Shown: positions 8,948 to 20,200, counted from the first letter of the whole stretch. The stretch: DNA of 60,199 nt, filler included, from a candidate division WOR-3 bacterium (GCA_016934535.1; 6 parts of 6 records of this genome joined end to end with filler, not necessarily neighbours in it); one strand, 5' to 3'. The notes: a model not told the origin generated them from the letters alone. A program made the numbers and translations.

Positions 8948-11500
8948 TCACCTCACCAAAAGAACTCTCGAAGAAGAAAACGCTCTTCTTCCTATCATTC
9001 TAACAACGTAGTTCCCCCCGGACACGTTATTGCCTCTCTCGTCCTTTCCGTCCCAAGATATTCTATGAGATCCATGCGTAAGACCAGAAGCCAGAGTTTT
9101 CACTATTCTTCCCGTGACATCAAACACATAGACCGAAGCTTCTTCTTCGTCTGGGACGTCGGCTGAGAACAAGACTTGAGAGCTGAAAATGTTATTTCCG
9201 TGTACCGCCAAAAAGAGTTCCCTTATATCTGGTCCTACGAGCACAGGATTTTCTTCGACGCCCGTCTCAAACCAGTCGAGAATTCTCTTTAAAACGCTGT
9301 CAGGAGGCGCGAAAGGCCCGGTTGGATGAATCGCCTCGAATCCGAATCCGAAGAACACGACTTTGCCGGCTCCCTGAAAATATGTCACAGCCCCGATGTG
9401 AGTCGTGTTGTAGTATTTAAAAGCGTCAGCTCCTCCGTTTACAGCACCAATTACATCTCTGGAGGTCTGATTGGCCGGAAGTCCTCCCGCCGTTGCAATC
9501 ATGAGGGGATCAAAAATTGATCCTGTAATTGACTGTAGAGAAGGAGTGGAAAGATTCTGAATCCAATTGACATGGAGATAATCAGTTGAAAAACTATTGC
9601 CGCCAAGATATTCGGCAATATTTTGACCTGTAATAAATAAATCTTTTCCGGCATTAATATAACTGGATAAATCCGATATGTCCTGTGACGAGAGAACACT
9701 GTCCGTTGCAGTCGCATCTCCAGAAAACCATATGACCATTGAGTAATCATTAATTAGAGTCCCCACAGGTCCATCTGTTTGGCGGTTCCAAACATCGTAT
9801 ATCTGAGATAAATTATCCAAAGGAGCTGTATATTTATCGATGTAATTACTATTAATATCACCGTTTACAATTAATATTCCCGGTATGCCCCCTGCCGTGA
9901 ACTGGACAGAAAACGAATTTTTCATCGGATCGGGATTGCTTGAAATCAAAAAATCCATTTCAACAAATTGAACAGTTGCTGACGAACTCACCATGAATTC
10001 AATAGGATCTGATGTATTTGAAACTGTATCTCCGGGATTAGCATTTCCAAAATCCGATATGCTGTCTGTGAAAGTGATAGCCGGTGAAGGTGAACTGGCA
10101 GTAATCTGAATAGAGGCGGCAGAATTAAACGCTGTGTCACATTCAAGAACAATTTCAACCGTCCCTTGTTGTCCTGGTAAAATATGGAAGGATCCTCCAG
10201 GTCCTTCAACTTGAGTACTCAGAACCTTAAAATCTGTAAATCCAGCTTTTCCAATTGTTCTGTAAACATTAATTCTTCCGCTTCCTAACTGACCCGAATT
10301 ATAATACGGATCCATTGTCATAGGGTCACAGCCTGCTTTAAGAAGCTCCTTTGTAGAATCAGCGCTAATAGTCGGCGCGAGAACCCTTACCAATCCGGCA
10401 AGACCCGCCGTCAAAGGACAGGCCATGGAAGTCCCGTCCATGTAATCATAAGTTCCGAAAGGAACTGTCGAATACATTCCCTCTCCTGGAGCGGCTAAAT
10501 CAACCCAAGATCCATAGTTAGAAAATGTTGATTTCAAATCACCTGAACCAGAAGAAGCGACAGCGACGACATTGTCATACGCCGCGGGATAATGTGGGGT
10601 GGAAACATTGTCATTTCCAGCTGCGCCAATGCATATAACATCATAGTTATCGTGCGCGTCCACGAGAGCGGCATATATTTGTGAACTTCCGGGTCCCCAG
10701 CTCATCGAAATCACACTCGCGTTATTCTGAGAGCAGAAATAAATCCCCTGAGCACACTGAGACAGATAGTAAGTCCTCACACCTATCAAGCCGACATTGT
10801 GACTCGCGGCCGCAATACCAATACCGTTGTTTGTAGCTCCGGCGGCAAGCCCTGAACAATGAGTTCCGTGATTGTCAGCCGTGGTGGGAGGAGTGGGGTC
10901 GTTGTCGTTGTTAACATAATCATAACCTGTTATGTAATTCGGGTTCAAGTCGGCATGATCCTTTTCACATCCGTCGTCGACAACGCCCACAATCGAATTG
11001 TGATTCCCAACAAAAACATCCCACGCATCTGGAGCGTTTATTTTTCCTAAAAACCATTGATTAGAAAAATATGGGTCGTTTGGAGTATAAAAAGGTTCCC
11101 ATCCGGTTACACTGGGTGATTTGAAAAAATCCGCAGCATAATTCAACTCCGCAAATTCTATATACGGCAGTTTTATGAAATCTTCTAAACTCTCAACAGC
11201 GTCTTTGTCAGAATTTGACCTGAATATAAATATCATGTCAAGTCCACAATCTACTTTACGTAAATAATCATAGTCAGAGATCAAAATTTCAAAATTTTCA
11301 AAACCTCTTTCACTTAAAATTCTGTCTAAGTCAGCGATTCCAGAATAAAGATTCCCGTCTCTTAGTTCAAAATCAAGGCTTCCCCTGTAACTGTTCACGA
11401 ATTTAACCACTACTTCGCCCGGTTTGTGCGTTTGTGACGCCGTAATCGGCAAAGATAACAATGTCAGAATTACTGAAGCCACTATCCATTTCTTCATCAT
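8948..11500 (-). CDS. secreted S8 (subtilisin-like) serine peptidase with C-terminal FlgD-Ig/T9SS-like sorting domain
   Basis: Signal peptide; triad motifs VVDDG, HGTHCSG, GTSMACP; C-terminal FDVTGRIVKTL...WDGKDERG...SGGNY. Confidence 0.92.
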   Translation of the reverse strand: MMKKWIVASVILTLLSLPITASQTHKPGEVVVKFVNSYRGSLDFELRDGNLYSGIADLDRILSERGFENFEILISDYDYLRKVDCGLDMIFIFRSNSDKDAVESLEDFIKLPYIEFAELNYAADFFKSPSVTGWEPFYTPNDPYFSNQWFLGKINAPDAWDVFVGNHNSIVGVVDDGCEKDHADLNPNYITGYDYVNNDNDPTPPTTADNHGTHCSGLAAGATNNGIGIAAASHNVGLIGVRTYYLSQCAQGIYFCSQNNASVISMSWGPGSSQIYAALVDAHDNYDVICIGAAGNDNVSTPHYPAAYDNVVAVASSGSGDLKSTFSNYGSWVDLAAPGEGMYSTVPFGTYDYMDGTSMACPLTAGLAGLVRVLAPTISADSTKELLKAGCDPMTMDPYYNSGQLGSGRINVYRTIGKAGFTDFKVLSTQVEGPGGSFHILPGQQGTVEIVLECDTAFNSAASIQITASSPSPAITFTDSISDFGNANPGDTVSNTSDPIEFMVSSSATVQFVEMDFLISSNPDPMKNSFSVQFTAGGIPGILIVNGDINSNYIDKYTAPLDNLSQIYDVWNRQTDGPVGTLINDYSMVIWFSGDATATDSVLSSQDISDLSSYINAGKDLFITGQNIAEYLGGNSFSTDYLHVNWIQNLSTPSLQSITGSIFDPLMIATAGGLPANQTSRDVIGAVNGGADAFKYYNTTHIGAVTYFQGAGKVVFFGFGFEAIHPTGPFAPPDSVLKRILDWFETGVEENPVLVGPDIRELFLAVHGNNIFSSQVLFSADVPDEEEASVYVFDVTGRIVKTLASGLTHGSHRISWDGKDERGNNVSGGNYVVRMIGRRAFSSSRVLLVR

Positions 11501-11506
11501 AACCTC

Positions 11507-13057
11507 CTATTTCAATATTTCAATTTTACCTGTCTGTGAATTTTCACCTGAGACCAATCTATATACATAACTTCCTGAGGATAATCCCTCAAAGTTTATA
11601 TATTTCTCCCCGGAAAGTTGTTTTTCACAAATATTTCTCACGATTCTCCCTGAAGCGTCAAAGAGTTCTATTTCAATATCTATTTCAACTCCAGTTCGAA
11701 TTAATAAAGCCGCTTTTCCGCGGTTTAATGAAATCGTCTCTACCGTAAACGGGTGGAGAACACCCGGATTTTCTTCAACAGATGAGCCGCCTGCAAGCGC
11801 CCTGTGGGCGTTTATCTTACCGGCACCCATAAGACCCTGCGCGAAAAGAGGTTCTGACGGCAGAGAATCGGCGGAAGAAAACAATCTTGCTATTATCTGA
11901 GAATTAGTCTCGGTTGGAAACTGGCACCTCATCAAAGCGAGTAATCCTGCTGTTATGGGGCACGCCATGGAAGTTCCGCTCATGTTGCCGTAAGTTCCTG
12001 CTGTCGAAGGCAACGTCGAATAAATTTCTTCTCCGGGTGCTGACACGTCAACCCAGCCACCGTATGTGGAAAAACTCGCTTTCATGTCGCTTGAATTCGT
12101 GGCGGTGACAGAGAGTACGTTCTGACCATTGGCTGGATACTGAGGGACTGTGTCTCCGTTGTTTCCGGCCGCGGCGACAACTATTATGTCATGGTTGTTG
12201 TATGCTTCGTTGATAGCCGTCTGAAGGGAATTCATGGCGTCTGGACCGCCGAAACTCATCGAAATTACTGAAGCTCCAGTAGTGCAAGCGTAATATACTC
12301 CCTGTGTGGCTGAGGCTTCGTCAATTGAAAACAAAAAGCCTGCTCTGACTCCTATGATGCCTATCCCGAAACCTATTGAAGCGACACCAGTTGAATTGTT
12401 GGTGACAGCACCTGCGCATCCACAAGTATGCGTTCCGTGTGTCTCTAAAAAACCCCAAAAGCCGGGGTCCGGGTCAGGATCGTTGTCGTAAAAATCGTAA
12501 CCTCTAATCCAGTTGGCGCTTAAATCAGGATGGGAGTATTCCATCCCTACATCGATTACGCAGACTCTCTCATTGTGGTTACCCGTCTGAATATCCCACG
12601 CTTGCTGGGCGTCAATATTCGGTAAAAACCACTGTTGAGAGAAATCAGGGTCGTTAGGAGTTAAAAACGGATTATAACTTCCTTGAACATAGACCTCGCA
12701 GAGATAGTTGGGTTCGCTGAAATCCACAACTGAAATTCGCGAGAGTGACAAGGCAAATGATCGCGGATTTTCCGGAACGCTATAACTCAAAACGTAGATC
12801 ATGTCTAGTCCGTAATCATAGTTTTGGCCGTTATTGTAATTCTCTACAAGTTGCCTAAAACTGCAAACACCGAATTGCGTAAATAATTGGTCAAGTTCTG
12901 CGTATCCGGATACTATTTTACTGCTTTCTCTTGTAAAAGAAAGGCTTCCTCTCATACCCGTTTTGAATTTTACTAGAACTTCCCCCTGTGTATAATCAGA
13001 AGAGATTAAAAAACATGGAACAAGTAATAAAAATAACGAAGTGAAATATTTTCTCAC
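11507..13057 (-). CDS. secreted S8 serine peptidase with short T9SS-like CTD (paralog of neighbour)
   Basis: GGAGG then GTG at 13057; VIDVG, HGTHTCG, GTSMACP; C-terminal FDASGRIV...LSSGSYVYRL. Confidence 0.92.
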   Translation of the reverse strand: MRKYFTSLFLLLVPCFLISSDYTQGEVLVKFKTGMRGSLSFTRESSKIVSGYAELDQLFTQFGVCSFRQLVENYNNGQNYDYGLDMIYVLSYSVPENPRSFALSLSRISVVDFSEPNYLCEVYVQGSYNPFLTPNDPDFSQQWFLPNIDAQQAWDIQTGNHNERVCVIDVGMEYSHPDLSANWIRGYDFYDNDPDPDPGFWGFLETHGTHTCGCAGAVTNNSTGVASIGFGIGIIGVRAGFLFSIDEASATQGVYYACTTGASVISMSFGGPDAMNSLQTAINEAYNNHDIIVVAAAGNNGDTVPQYPANGQNVLSVTATNSSDMKASFSTYGGWVDVSAPGEEIYSTLPSTAGTYGNMSGTSMACPITAGLLALMRCQFPTETNSQIIARLFSSADSLPSEPLFAQGLMGAGKINAHRALAGGSSVEENPGVLHPFTVETISLNRGKAALLIRTGVEIDIEIELFDASGRIVRNICEKQLSGEKYINFEGLSSGSYVYRLVSGENSQTGKIEILK

Positions 13058-13144
13058 ATAACCTCCTCTAAACAAACAGATCACAATCAATCTTTAATTA
13101 TATATCTTCATCATAATAAAAAAAAGGTTAAAAAAGTCTTCAAA

Positions 13145-13244
13145 NNNNNNNNNNNNNNNNNNNNNNNNNNNNNNNNNNNNNNNNNNNNTTAATTAATTAA
13201 NNNNNNNNNNNNNNNNNNNNNNNNNNNNNNNNNNNNNNNNNNNN
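13145..13244. other. artificial contig linker
   Basis: N-run with TTAATTAATTAA six-frame stop spacer. Confidence 0.99.
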
Positions 13245-13338
13245 AAAGGTAATTTAAAAATCCGGGATATTTTACAAACAGAGACAGAATGTGAAGGATA
13301 CCATAGACAATCATAAATGCCGGAAAGACGAATTTCAT
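13245..13338 (-). CDS. 5' part of a membrane protein truncated by contig end
   Basis: AGAGGA RBS, ATG 13338, MKFVFPAFMIVYGILHILSLFVKYPGFLNYL runs into gap. Confidence 0.5.
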
Positions 13339-13692
13339 TTGATCCTCTCTTTTTGTGATTTGATTTTTCTATAAAAAAATACACTCGTGCAAAAATATTT
13401 GATAAATTCCTTTTCAATCCTCGCTTTCTGAAGTCATATCATAAAAACACTGAATTTCGATTGCGTCAGGACGTTTGCAGAATAAGAATATTGATCACTG
13501 CCGAGAGAGCATACACTCGAAACAGTTATAAGAACCTGATTGTAAATAGCTCCGAAATTCATGGGTCGCCTTTTTTTGTAATTTTAGGATTGAAAAAGTA
13601 GTTTGTCCACATACTTTGTTTTGAGAAAAATTTTATTAAATTCGGAATATTCGAACTGAAAATGATGTAATATTAACGAAAAGGAGGGTTTT

Positions 13693-14931
13693 ATGGGCAA
13701 AAATGAGAAAATTGTTTTACTGGCCGGTATTTTCTTCCTGCTGGCTCCAATAAAAACCAACGGACAGAGCATTTTTTCACTTTCACTGCCTTTTGACACG
13801 GGCAGGATAGTTTCGGGAATGAACGAGTTCTCCATTGATTTCTACAAAACAGCGGCTTCCGAGTCAGATCAGAACATGATCCTTTCGCCTTTCAGTGTTC
13901 ACGACGCATTGACTATGACCTACGAAGGAGCCGACGGTGCGACTGCTGAACAGATGCGCAATGTCCTGCGTCTCGGATTTGATATTTCGCAGACGAGGTA
14001 CGAGTACATGTCTCTTCTTGAAAAAATAAATTCTGGAGGACGCGAATGCACTCTTTCCGCCGCGAACGCGATATGGACTCAGTATGGATACCCATTCCTC
14101 GGCGATTTCATATCCGCTGTTGAAAGATATTACGGCGGCAAAGCAGTGAACATGGATTTTGAGAACGATCCCGAGGGGTCAAGACAGAAAATAAATATCT
14201 GGGTCGAAGAAAATACCGCCGGAAAGATTACAGACCTATTATCTCCCGGCCAGATAAATCCGATGACCACTCTTGTTTTGACAAACGCCATCTATTTTAA
14301 AGGTATCTGGCTTTACACGTTTGACTCCGAAAAAACAAAAAAATCTTCTTTCAGCGTGTCTGAAGATAAAACGGTGGAAACCGACATGATGTTTCTCGAT
14401 AACTCCGAGGCGAGATTCGGTTACTACGAAGACGAAGAAGTCCAGATCCTCGAAATGCCATACAAAGACGGGACTCTATCCATGGTCGTTTTTCTGCCCA
14501 AAGTTCCGATAAACTCTTTCGAGGAATCTTTAGACGCTTTTAAAATGGATTATTACATGAGTTCACTGACGAGTTCGGAAGTTGTCATATATTTCCCAAA
14601 ATTCAAAATTGAGGCGAAGTTCAATCTGAACGAAGTACTGAATACTATGGGTATGACTCAGGCTTTCATCCCGGGAGCCGCGGATTTCTCCGGTATGACT
14701 GGAAACCGCGATCTTTTCATAAGCTACGTGATCCATCAGGCGTTCATAGCTGTCGACGAAGAAGGCACGGAAGCGGCGGCGGCGACAGCAGTCCTGATGG
14801 AGAGGACATCCGTCAGTATGGACATCAGAAATGTTTTTAATGCGGATCATCCTTTTCTGTTCGTTATCAAGGACAATGAAACGGGATGTGTTTTATTCAT
14901 GGGAAAACTTACTGATCCTGCTGTCAACTGA
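13693..14931 (+). CDS. secreted serpin (serine protease inhibitor)
   Basis: Signal peptide; NMILSPFSV, LTNAIYFKG.W, hinge DEEGTEAAAAT, FNADHPFLFVI...LFMG. Confidence 0.96.
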   Translation: MGKNEKIVLLAGIFFLLAPIKTNGQSIFSLSLPFDTGRIVSGMNEFSIDFYKTAASESDQNMILSPFSVHDALTMTYEGADGATAEQMRNVLRLGFDISQTRYEYMSLLEKINSGGRECTLSAANAIWTQYGYPFLGDFISAVERYYGGKAVNMDFENDPEGSRQKINIWVEENTAGKITDLLSPGQINPMTTLVLTNAIYFKGIWLYTFDSEKTKKSSFSVSEDKTVETDMMFLDNSEARFGYYEDEEVQILEMPYKDGTLSMVVFLPKVPINSFEESLDAFKMDYYMSSLTSSEVVIYFPKFKIEAKFNLNEVLNTMGMTQAFIPGAADFSGMTGNRDLFISYVIHQAFIAVDEEGTEAAAATAVLMERTSVSMDIRNVFNADHPFLFVIKDNETGCVLFMGKLTDPAVN

Positions 14932-14960
14932 AAAAAAGCGGCGCGAATGCGCCGCCTTCT
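14931..14960. terminator. intrinsic terminator between convergent genes
   Basis: GCGGCGC-GAAT-GCGCCGC hairpin preceded by A7 (U-tail on minus strand). Confidence 0.75.
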
Positions 14961-15259
14961 CATATTTGGGCGTCTTCAGATTCCTGAATGTTCTGTCTGA
15001 TCTTATGCCTCAAATCTCTCGGCCTGTAGTCGCGAACCCTTCCTCTGAATTGATGGTCCGTGTGCTTGAATAGAATGTGGGACAAAAGGACCAATCCCCA
15101 TCCCTGCCAGTAGGATATCTTCGGCAAAGAGAACAATTCGGGCATAAGCCAGTTCCATAGGATTTTGACGAAAAATCCGAACAAAAGTGCAATCAGTGCG
15201 CCGAAAACTATACCTCCGGTGACGAGCAGAATCTTGTTTTTAAAAATACTCAAAAACAT
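14960..15259 (-). CDS. small membrane protein co-transcribed with ECF sigma
   Basis: Two TM segments, LWNWLMPELF.LP.ISYWQ..GL..LS.ILF; AAGGAGG RBS; overlaps sigma gene end. Confidence 0.8.
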   Translation of the reverse strand: MFLSIFKNKILLVTGGIVFGALIALLFGFFVKILWNWLMPELFSLPKISYWQGWGLVLLSHILFKHTDHQFRGRVRDYRPRDLRHKIRQNIQESEDAQI

Positions 15260-15771
15260 ATGTCCTCCTTGAATGATTTCAATTTTTCTCTCAAAAAAAC
15301 CACGGCCTCCCTTTTTCTCGAAATCAGCGTATTAACTGGTGTGCCGGTAATTTCAGATATTTCTCTGAAAGTCAGGAGTTCCAATTCATGATACACAAAA
15401 ACGGAATAAAGCTTTTCGGGCATTGAGGAGATGATTTCAGAGAGTTTTTCGGTGAAAATCTCGATTTTTATGCTGTTTTCAATGTCGCTGTCCTTGTCTT
15501 CAATCAGGTCTTCGAGTTCCAAAACATCTCTAGGGTCGAGGGATTCTCTTTTCTTTCTTCTGAAAAAATCTGATATTTTGTTGCGCGCGACCGAGAAGAG
15601 CCAGGAAGTCACAGCTTCGATGGATTTGATTGTGTTGAAATTGAGAACAGCGCTTTCAAAGACTTCCTGAAGAATGTCTTCGGATTCATCGGGGTCTCCT
15701 ACCCTGGAGTTTATATAAGACAGAAGCTTCCGCTTTTCGTCTTTGAATTTCTGTGTTATTATTTCGTTCAT
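15250..15771 (-). CDS. ECF RNA polymerase sigma-70 factor
   Basis: EDILQEVF, SWLFSVARNKISDFFR (region 2), TFREISEITGTPVNTLISRK (region 4); GGGAG RBS before ATG 15771. Confidence 0.92.
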   Translation of the reverse strand: MNEIITQKFKDEKRKLLSYINSRVGDPDESEDILQEVFESAVLNFNTIKSIEAVTSWLFSVARNKISDFFRRKKRESLDPRDVLELEDLIEDKDSDIENSIKIEIFTEKLSEIISSMPEKLYSVFVYHELELLTFREISEITGTPVNTLISRKREAVVFLREKLKSFKEDICF

Positions 15772-15837
15772 GTTTGCTCCCATGATTATAAGACGTATTC
15801 CGGATTATTTTTATTGTAAATATTTTCAGGAGGTTCC

Positions 15838-16332
15838 GTGATTCGAAAAATATTTATTTTCATCGCCGCCGCGGCGATGATCGTATTAACAGCAGAAGCT
15901 GAAGAAACCGGTAATTATTCCTTGCCGGAGGAGATATATGACGTAGAAACGCTCTGCAGAAATTTCTCCGGCCTGGCGGGGGAGGAAGTTTTCGTAAAAG
16001 GAACGGTTGATCACGTCTGCAGGCACAGCGGGATGAGAATGAATCTCTGCCAGGACGATTCATTTTCTGTTCATGTGACAGCGTCTGAAGGGATGGATCC
16101 TTTTAACCAGGAACTGACAGGAAAAGAGGTAACGGTTTTTGGAGTTGTAAAACAGCTGATAATTGACAGAGAATACCTCAGTGATTGGGAAAAAGGTCTC
16201 GAAGAAGACTGCGATTCCGGACCGCACCACGACGAAGTAGAGCAAATAGAACGATACAGGGCATATCTCGACAGCGCAGGCCTAGACAGACTGTCCGAAT
16301 TCTGGATAGAAGCGAAGGAAATCCGGGAGTAA
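15838..16332 (+). CDS. exported hypothetical protein (possible OB-fold)
   Basis: Signal peptide; VKGTVDHVCRHSG segment; GGAGG RBS. Confidence 0.65.
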   Translation: MIRKIFIFIAAAAMIVLTAEAEETGNYSLPEEIYDVETLCRNFSGLAGEEVFVKGTVDHVCRHSGMRMNLCQDDSFSVHVTASEGMDPFNQELTGKEVTVFGVVKQLIIDREYLSDWEKGLEEDCDSGPHHDEVEQIERYRAYLDSAGLDRLSEFWIEAKEIRE

Positions 16333-16336
16333 TCGA

Positions 16337-16747
16337 TTGAGGATAAAATTGAGATGCGCCGCGATAATCGTCCGCGGCGCAGAAGTGCTACTCGTAAGAA
16401 GTTTGAAAAGCCCTGAAGAAATGTGGATACCTCCGGGCGGAAAATTCAAAGAGGAGGATTTCTCGGTTTTCGAGTGCGCAAAAAGGGAAGCTTATGAGGA
16501 ATCAGGCGTCGCTGTGTCAATAAAAAAACTTATCGGTTTGAACGAAATTTTCGACGAAGAAAAAAAAACTTTCACAATTGAGCTGTTTTTTTTATCAGAA
16601 CCCGTCGAAGGAGTGACGAAAAACGGGTACGTCTTTGAAAAAAACAACTCTGAAAAAAGAAGCCCGAAATGGTTTACAGCAAATGAACTGAAGATGATAA
16701 AATTCAGCCCTGAAGACCTAATTCTTTCCAGTCTTGACGATATCTGA
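16337..16747 (+). CDS. NUDIX hydrolase
   Basis: PGGKFKEEDFSVFECAKREAYEESG Nudix box. Confidence 0.9.
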   Translation: MRIKLRCAAIIVRGAEVLLVRSLKSPEEMWIPPGGKFKEEDFSVFECAKREAYEESGVAVSIKKLIGLNEIFDEEKKTFTIELFFLSEPVEGVTKNGYVFEKNNSEKRSPKWFTANELKMIKFSPEDLILSSLDDI

Positions 16748-17200
16748 AAGCGTTTTAAGATCGTCTTCCAGCATTTTCTTCTCTTCCTCCTTGTCCAAAT
16801 CTCTGGATAAATGGACAGCCTTTTCGAGATTTACTTCAGCTTCTTTGAAATCTTTTAAAACGCTTTGAGCTCTGGCTATTGCTTCGTGAGCGTAAGCGAG
16901 ATTGAATCCTTTGAATCCGTTTTTTCTGCACACAGACAATGAGTTGTTCGCATGATAAAGGGCTGATTCTCCTTTTCCCAATACGCTGTATACTCTCGAG
17001 ACTTGCCACTCGCCGAGAAAATCGTTTTCTTCGTCTCCGACCTGGAGCCAGTGAAAAAGAGAAGCGTGAGCGGCGTGGATCATCAATCTGTCCTCTTCTT
17101 CGGTTCTATCCTGTTTGTCGAGCATGTCCCAGACGAAGTTGAAAAGTTCCACAGCCGTCTTTCTGTGAAAACCTTCGACCATTTCTTTTTCGATTTTCAT
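16718..17200 (-). CDS. alpha-helical (TPR-like) hypothetical protein
   Basis: ATG 17200 overlaps the stop of the cyclase gene (ATGA); MIHAAHASLFHW, GEWQVSRVY, AHEAIARA. Confidence 0.75.
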   Translation of the reverse strand: MKIEKEMVEGFHRKTAVELFNFVWDMLDKQDRTEEEDRLMIHAAHASLFHWLQVGDEENDFLGEWQVSRVYSVLGKGESALYHANNSLSVCRKNGFKGFNLAYAHEAIARAQSVLKDFKEAEVNLEKAVHLSRDLDKEEEKKMLEDDLKTLSDIVKTGKN

Positions 17201-20200
17201 TTGTCCTCCTGGTTCGAATGCGAGCAATATCTTACAATGAAAGATTCGAGCTCATCTTTACGTACTTTGTTTTCATATTTAGGTGTTTTATCTAACAAAC
17301 TACTATATTGCTCCAGCGCTACTCTGGCATGGAGCTTTTCTTTTGTCAAATTGAATAACAAGTAGGATATAAATGCTTTGGATTCGGCGTCTTTGGCTTT
17401 CTCCGATTTTCTCGTAAGCTTGGCTAAAGCGGCATCAGGTGATTTGCCGGTTTTGAAATCCAGAGCCAATCCCAGGACATCACAGCTTTCAATGACTGAT
17501 GTCCTTTTTACTTCTGAAGCCGATTTCAGTGCCTCATCGAGAGATATTCTGGATTTTTCGAAGTCGCCCAGTTCAAAATAAAGATCGGCGAGACTGTAAA
17601 GATAAAAACAAAGATTATATTTGGATCCGGACATTTTTGAAAGTTTCACGGCTTTCACATAAAGATCTTTGGCTTTTTTGAATTCCTTGAGTTTTGAGAA
17701 CACACTCGCCTTGTTGCATAATGCTATTGCGTGGCTTCTTTTGTCTCCTATCTCTCCGGCGAGCTCTGCGCTTTCTTCATAGCACTTCAGCGCGGTTTCA
17801 AAATTGCCTTTTTCTTCGTGAATATGACCGATGTTGCTTTTCAAAATGGCTATCCCGTCTTTGTCCTGATATGATTCCTTGATCCTGAGGCTTTCATTAA
17901 AGCTTTTCATAGCTTTTTCAGAATTTTGGAGTGAAAGATATATTGTTCCGAGATTTAAAAGCACAACGGATTCTGTTTTAATGTCTTTTACAAACCTGCT
18001 CAATTTGAGGGCCCGCAAATATAATCTGAGTGATTGTTCCAGGTTCCCGTTCTCGGCTTTTATGTTCGCCATGTTGACTAGTATTTTTGCTTCAGCGGTC
18101 TTGTCTCCCTTTATCGAGGAAATGCTTTTTGAATAATGGTTTATTGCTTCTTCGTAATCGCCTTTTCTGTAACAAGTATTACCCAAGGAAGATTCAAGAA
18201 GAGCAGTGAGTTTGACATCTCCGGTTGAGTTTGCTATCCGGATACCTCTTTTCGCGTGGTTCATTGCTTTTGTGAGATTTCCGCTGTTTCTTTCCAGGGA
18301 AGCGAGCATATCAAGCGCCAGGCAGTATTTTTCAGGAAGTTTGCTCCGTTGAGCCGTTTCCAGGCATTTTTGAACGCATTTTTTTGCCTGGCTCCATTTT
18401 CCAATCAATCTGTAAATTGATGTTTTGATGTAATATATCTCGAAAAATTGTGAAAAAGAACCGGGAGGCAGGATTTTTTCTGCTTTTTCGAGGCACGAAA
18501 GGGCTCTTTCGTTGAGAAAAATATCGAAGAACGCTTTTGAGGCTCTTAAGTAGTAATCGGCAGCAATGTCAAAACTCTCGGAAGCTCTGTAATGCTCGGC
18601 AATGTCTTCGTATGATAATTTTTCGCGCTGTCGTCTGTTTTTAAGAAATTCAGCCGCTGAAAAATGAATCTTTCCCAAAAAAGGATTCATCTGAACACTG
18701 TAGATAACTTCCCGTGTGAGCGCGCTCGAAAATCCGTAACCCTCCGGTGTTTTTTTAAAAACATTTTGAGCTACTCCGTCATTGAGGCAATTTTTTGAAT
18801 CTAATTCCGGGTAAAATTCTCCGAAAACCTCGCAAAATATCTCCTCTGAGAATGAATTGCCGAGAATGCTCGCCACACGGACGGCTTCTTTCAGATCTTT
18901 TCCGAACCTGTCGAATCTCGACAATATCAGCTCTTTGAGATTTAATGGTTCCGAGAGGATTTTTTTCATAGCGTCCGAATCTGCTGAAAATCCCTCTCTG
19001 AGAACGTGTCCGGCGATGTTCTCGATGTATAACGGATTACCTTCCGATATTGAATAGATTTCTTCGTCGAAGTGCATGTCTGAGAGTTCTGAATGTTGTT
19101 TCGTTTCAGAAATTTTTACGTAATTTTTAAACAGTGATTCGCTTTCCGACTTCGAAAGCTTTTCGAGGCGAATTGATATGTGATACGTTATATCTGTTTT
19201 CAGCAATGATACCTCCAGAGAAGGATCTCTCGACTCGAAAATTATAATTGACGGGAGATTTTTCAACGATTTTGCGAGAGAAAGAATTATGTTGAGAGAA
19301 TCTTTGTCGATATCGGAAGCCTGGAAAATCTCTAAAGCAGTTGGTTTATCGGAGCATTCGGCTAACAAAACGTTTTTTATGGCGCCAAAACAAAGTTCAT
19401 ACTTTGTTTTGGCGTCAAGGCTTTCAAAACCGCTTCCTTTGGAAGCTATTCCAAGAAGCATGGAGAGGCATTCCGAAGCTCCGGATATTTTTTCTGAAAG
19501 TCCGGTATCCCCTGAATGTGCAATTTTTTTTACTTTTCTTTGCAATGTGTCTTCGAATCTAACTTTGTTTAAAAATTCACTGTCAGTATCGGAGTATCCA
19601 AAGTATTCTTTTAAAAAGTTTATGAGGGGGCTGAAAGGCTTCTTGAGAATGTCGTCGCACTCAATTTTCAGAACATCGAACTTTGTTTTCCCGAGTTCAG
19701 CGTTGAATTCCTCTATTAAACGGCTTTTACCTGTGCCCGATTCTCCGGAAACCAGAACTGTCATCGATTTTATTTCACTTTTCACTTTTTCGGACAATTC
19801 AACAAGTCTCTCGAGTTCCATTTTTCTGCCGACAAATTCAACGCGTGAAATTATTTTTGACTTGTACCCGGATTTTTTTGAACCGAGACCGAAAAGAGAG
19901 ATTTTATCTTTTATTCCTCTCAAATATTCTTCGCCGAGAGGATATAAATTATAAGAGACGTTTATTTTTCTGGAAAAAGTTTCGTCACAGATAATCTCAT
20001 GTCCGGAAGCCTTTTCGGCGATTCTGGAAGAAATATTAACGGCGGACCCGAGAACTGTATATTCCGACCGTTTCTCGTTGCCTATGAAACCGCAAAAAGC
20101 TTTTCCGTATGAGATGCCTGTTTTAACTTCGAAACGCTTGATTTTTCTGATGGCCAAAGCGAAATCGGCGGCTTTGGAAAATTTGTTTTCTATTTCCAAT

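Noticed and set aside
8948-14931. Apparent protease-serpin gene cluster
   Set aside because: The S8 genes and the serpin are on different contigs; adjacency is an artefact of concatenation
19289-19954. Long antisense ORFs (e.g. 221 aa here, 212 aa at 29697-30335)
   Set aside because: Antisense shadows of well-supported genes, with no motifs or RBS
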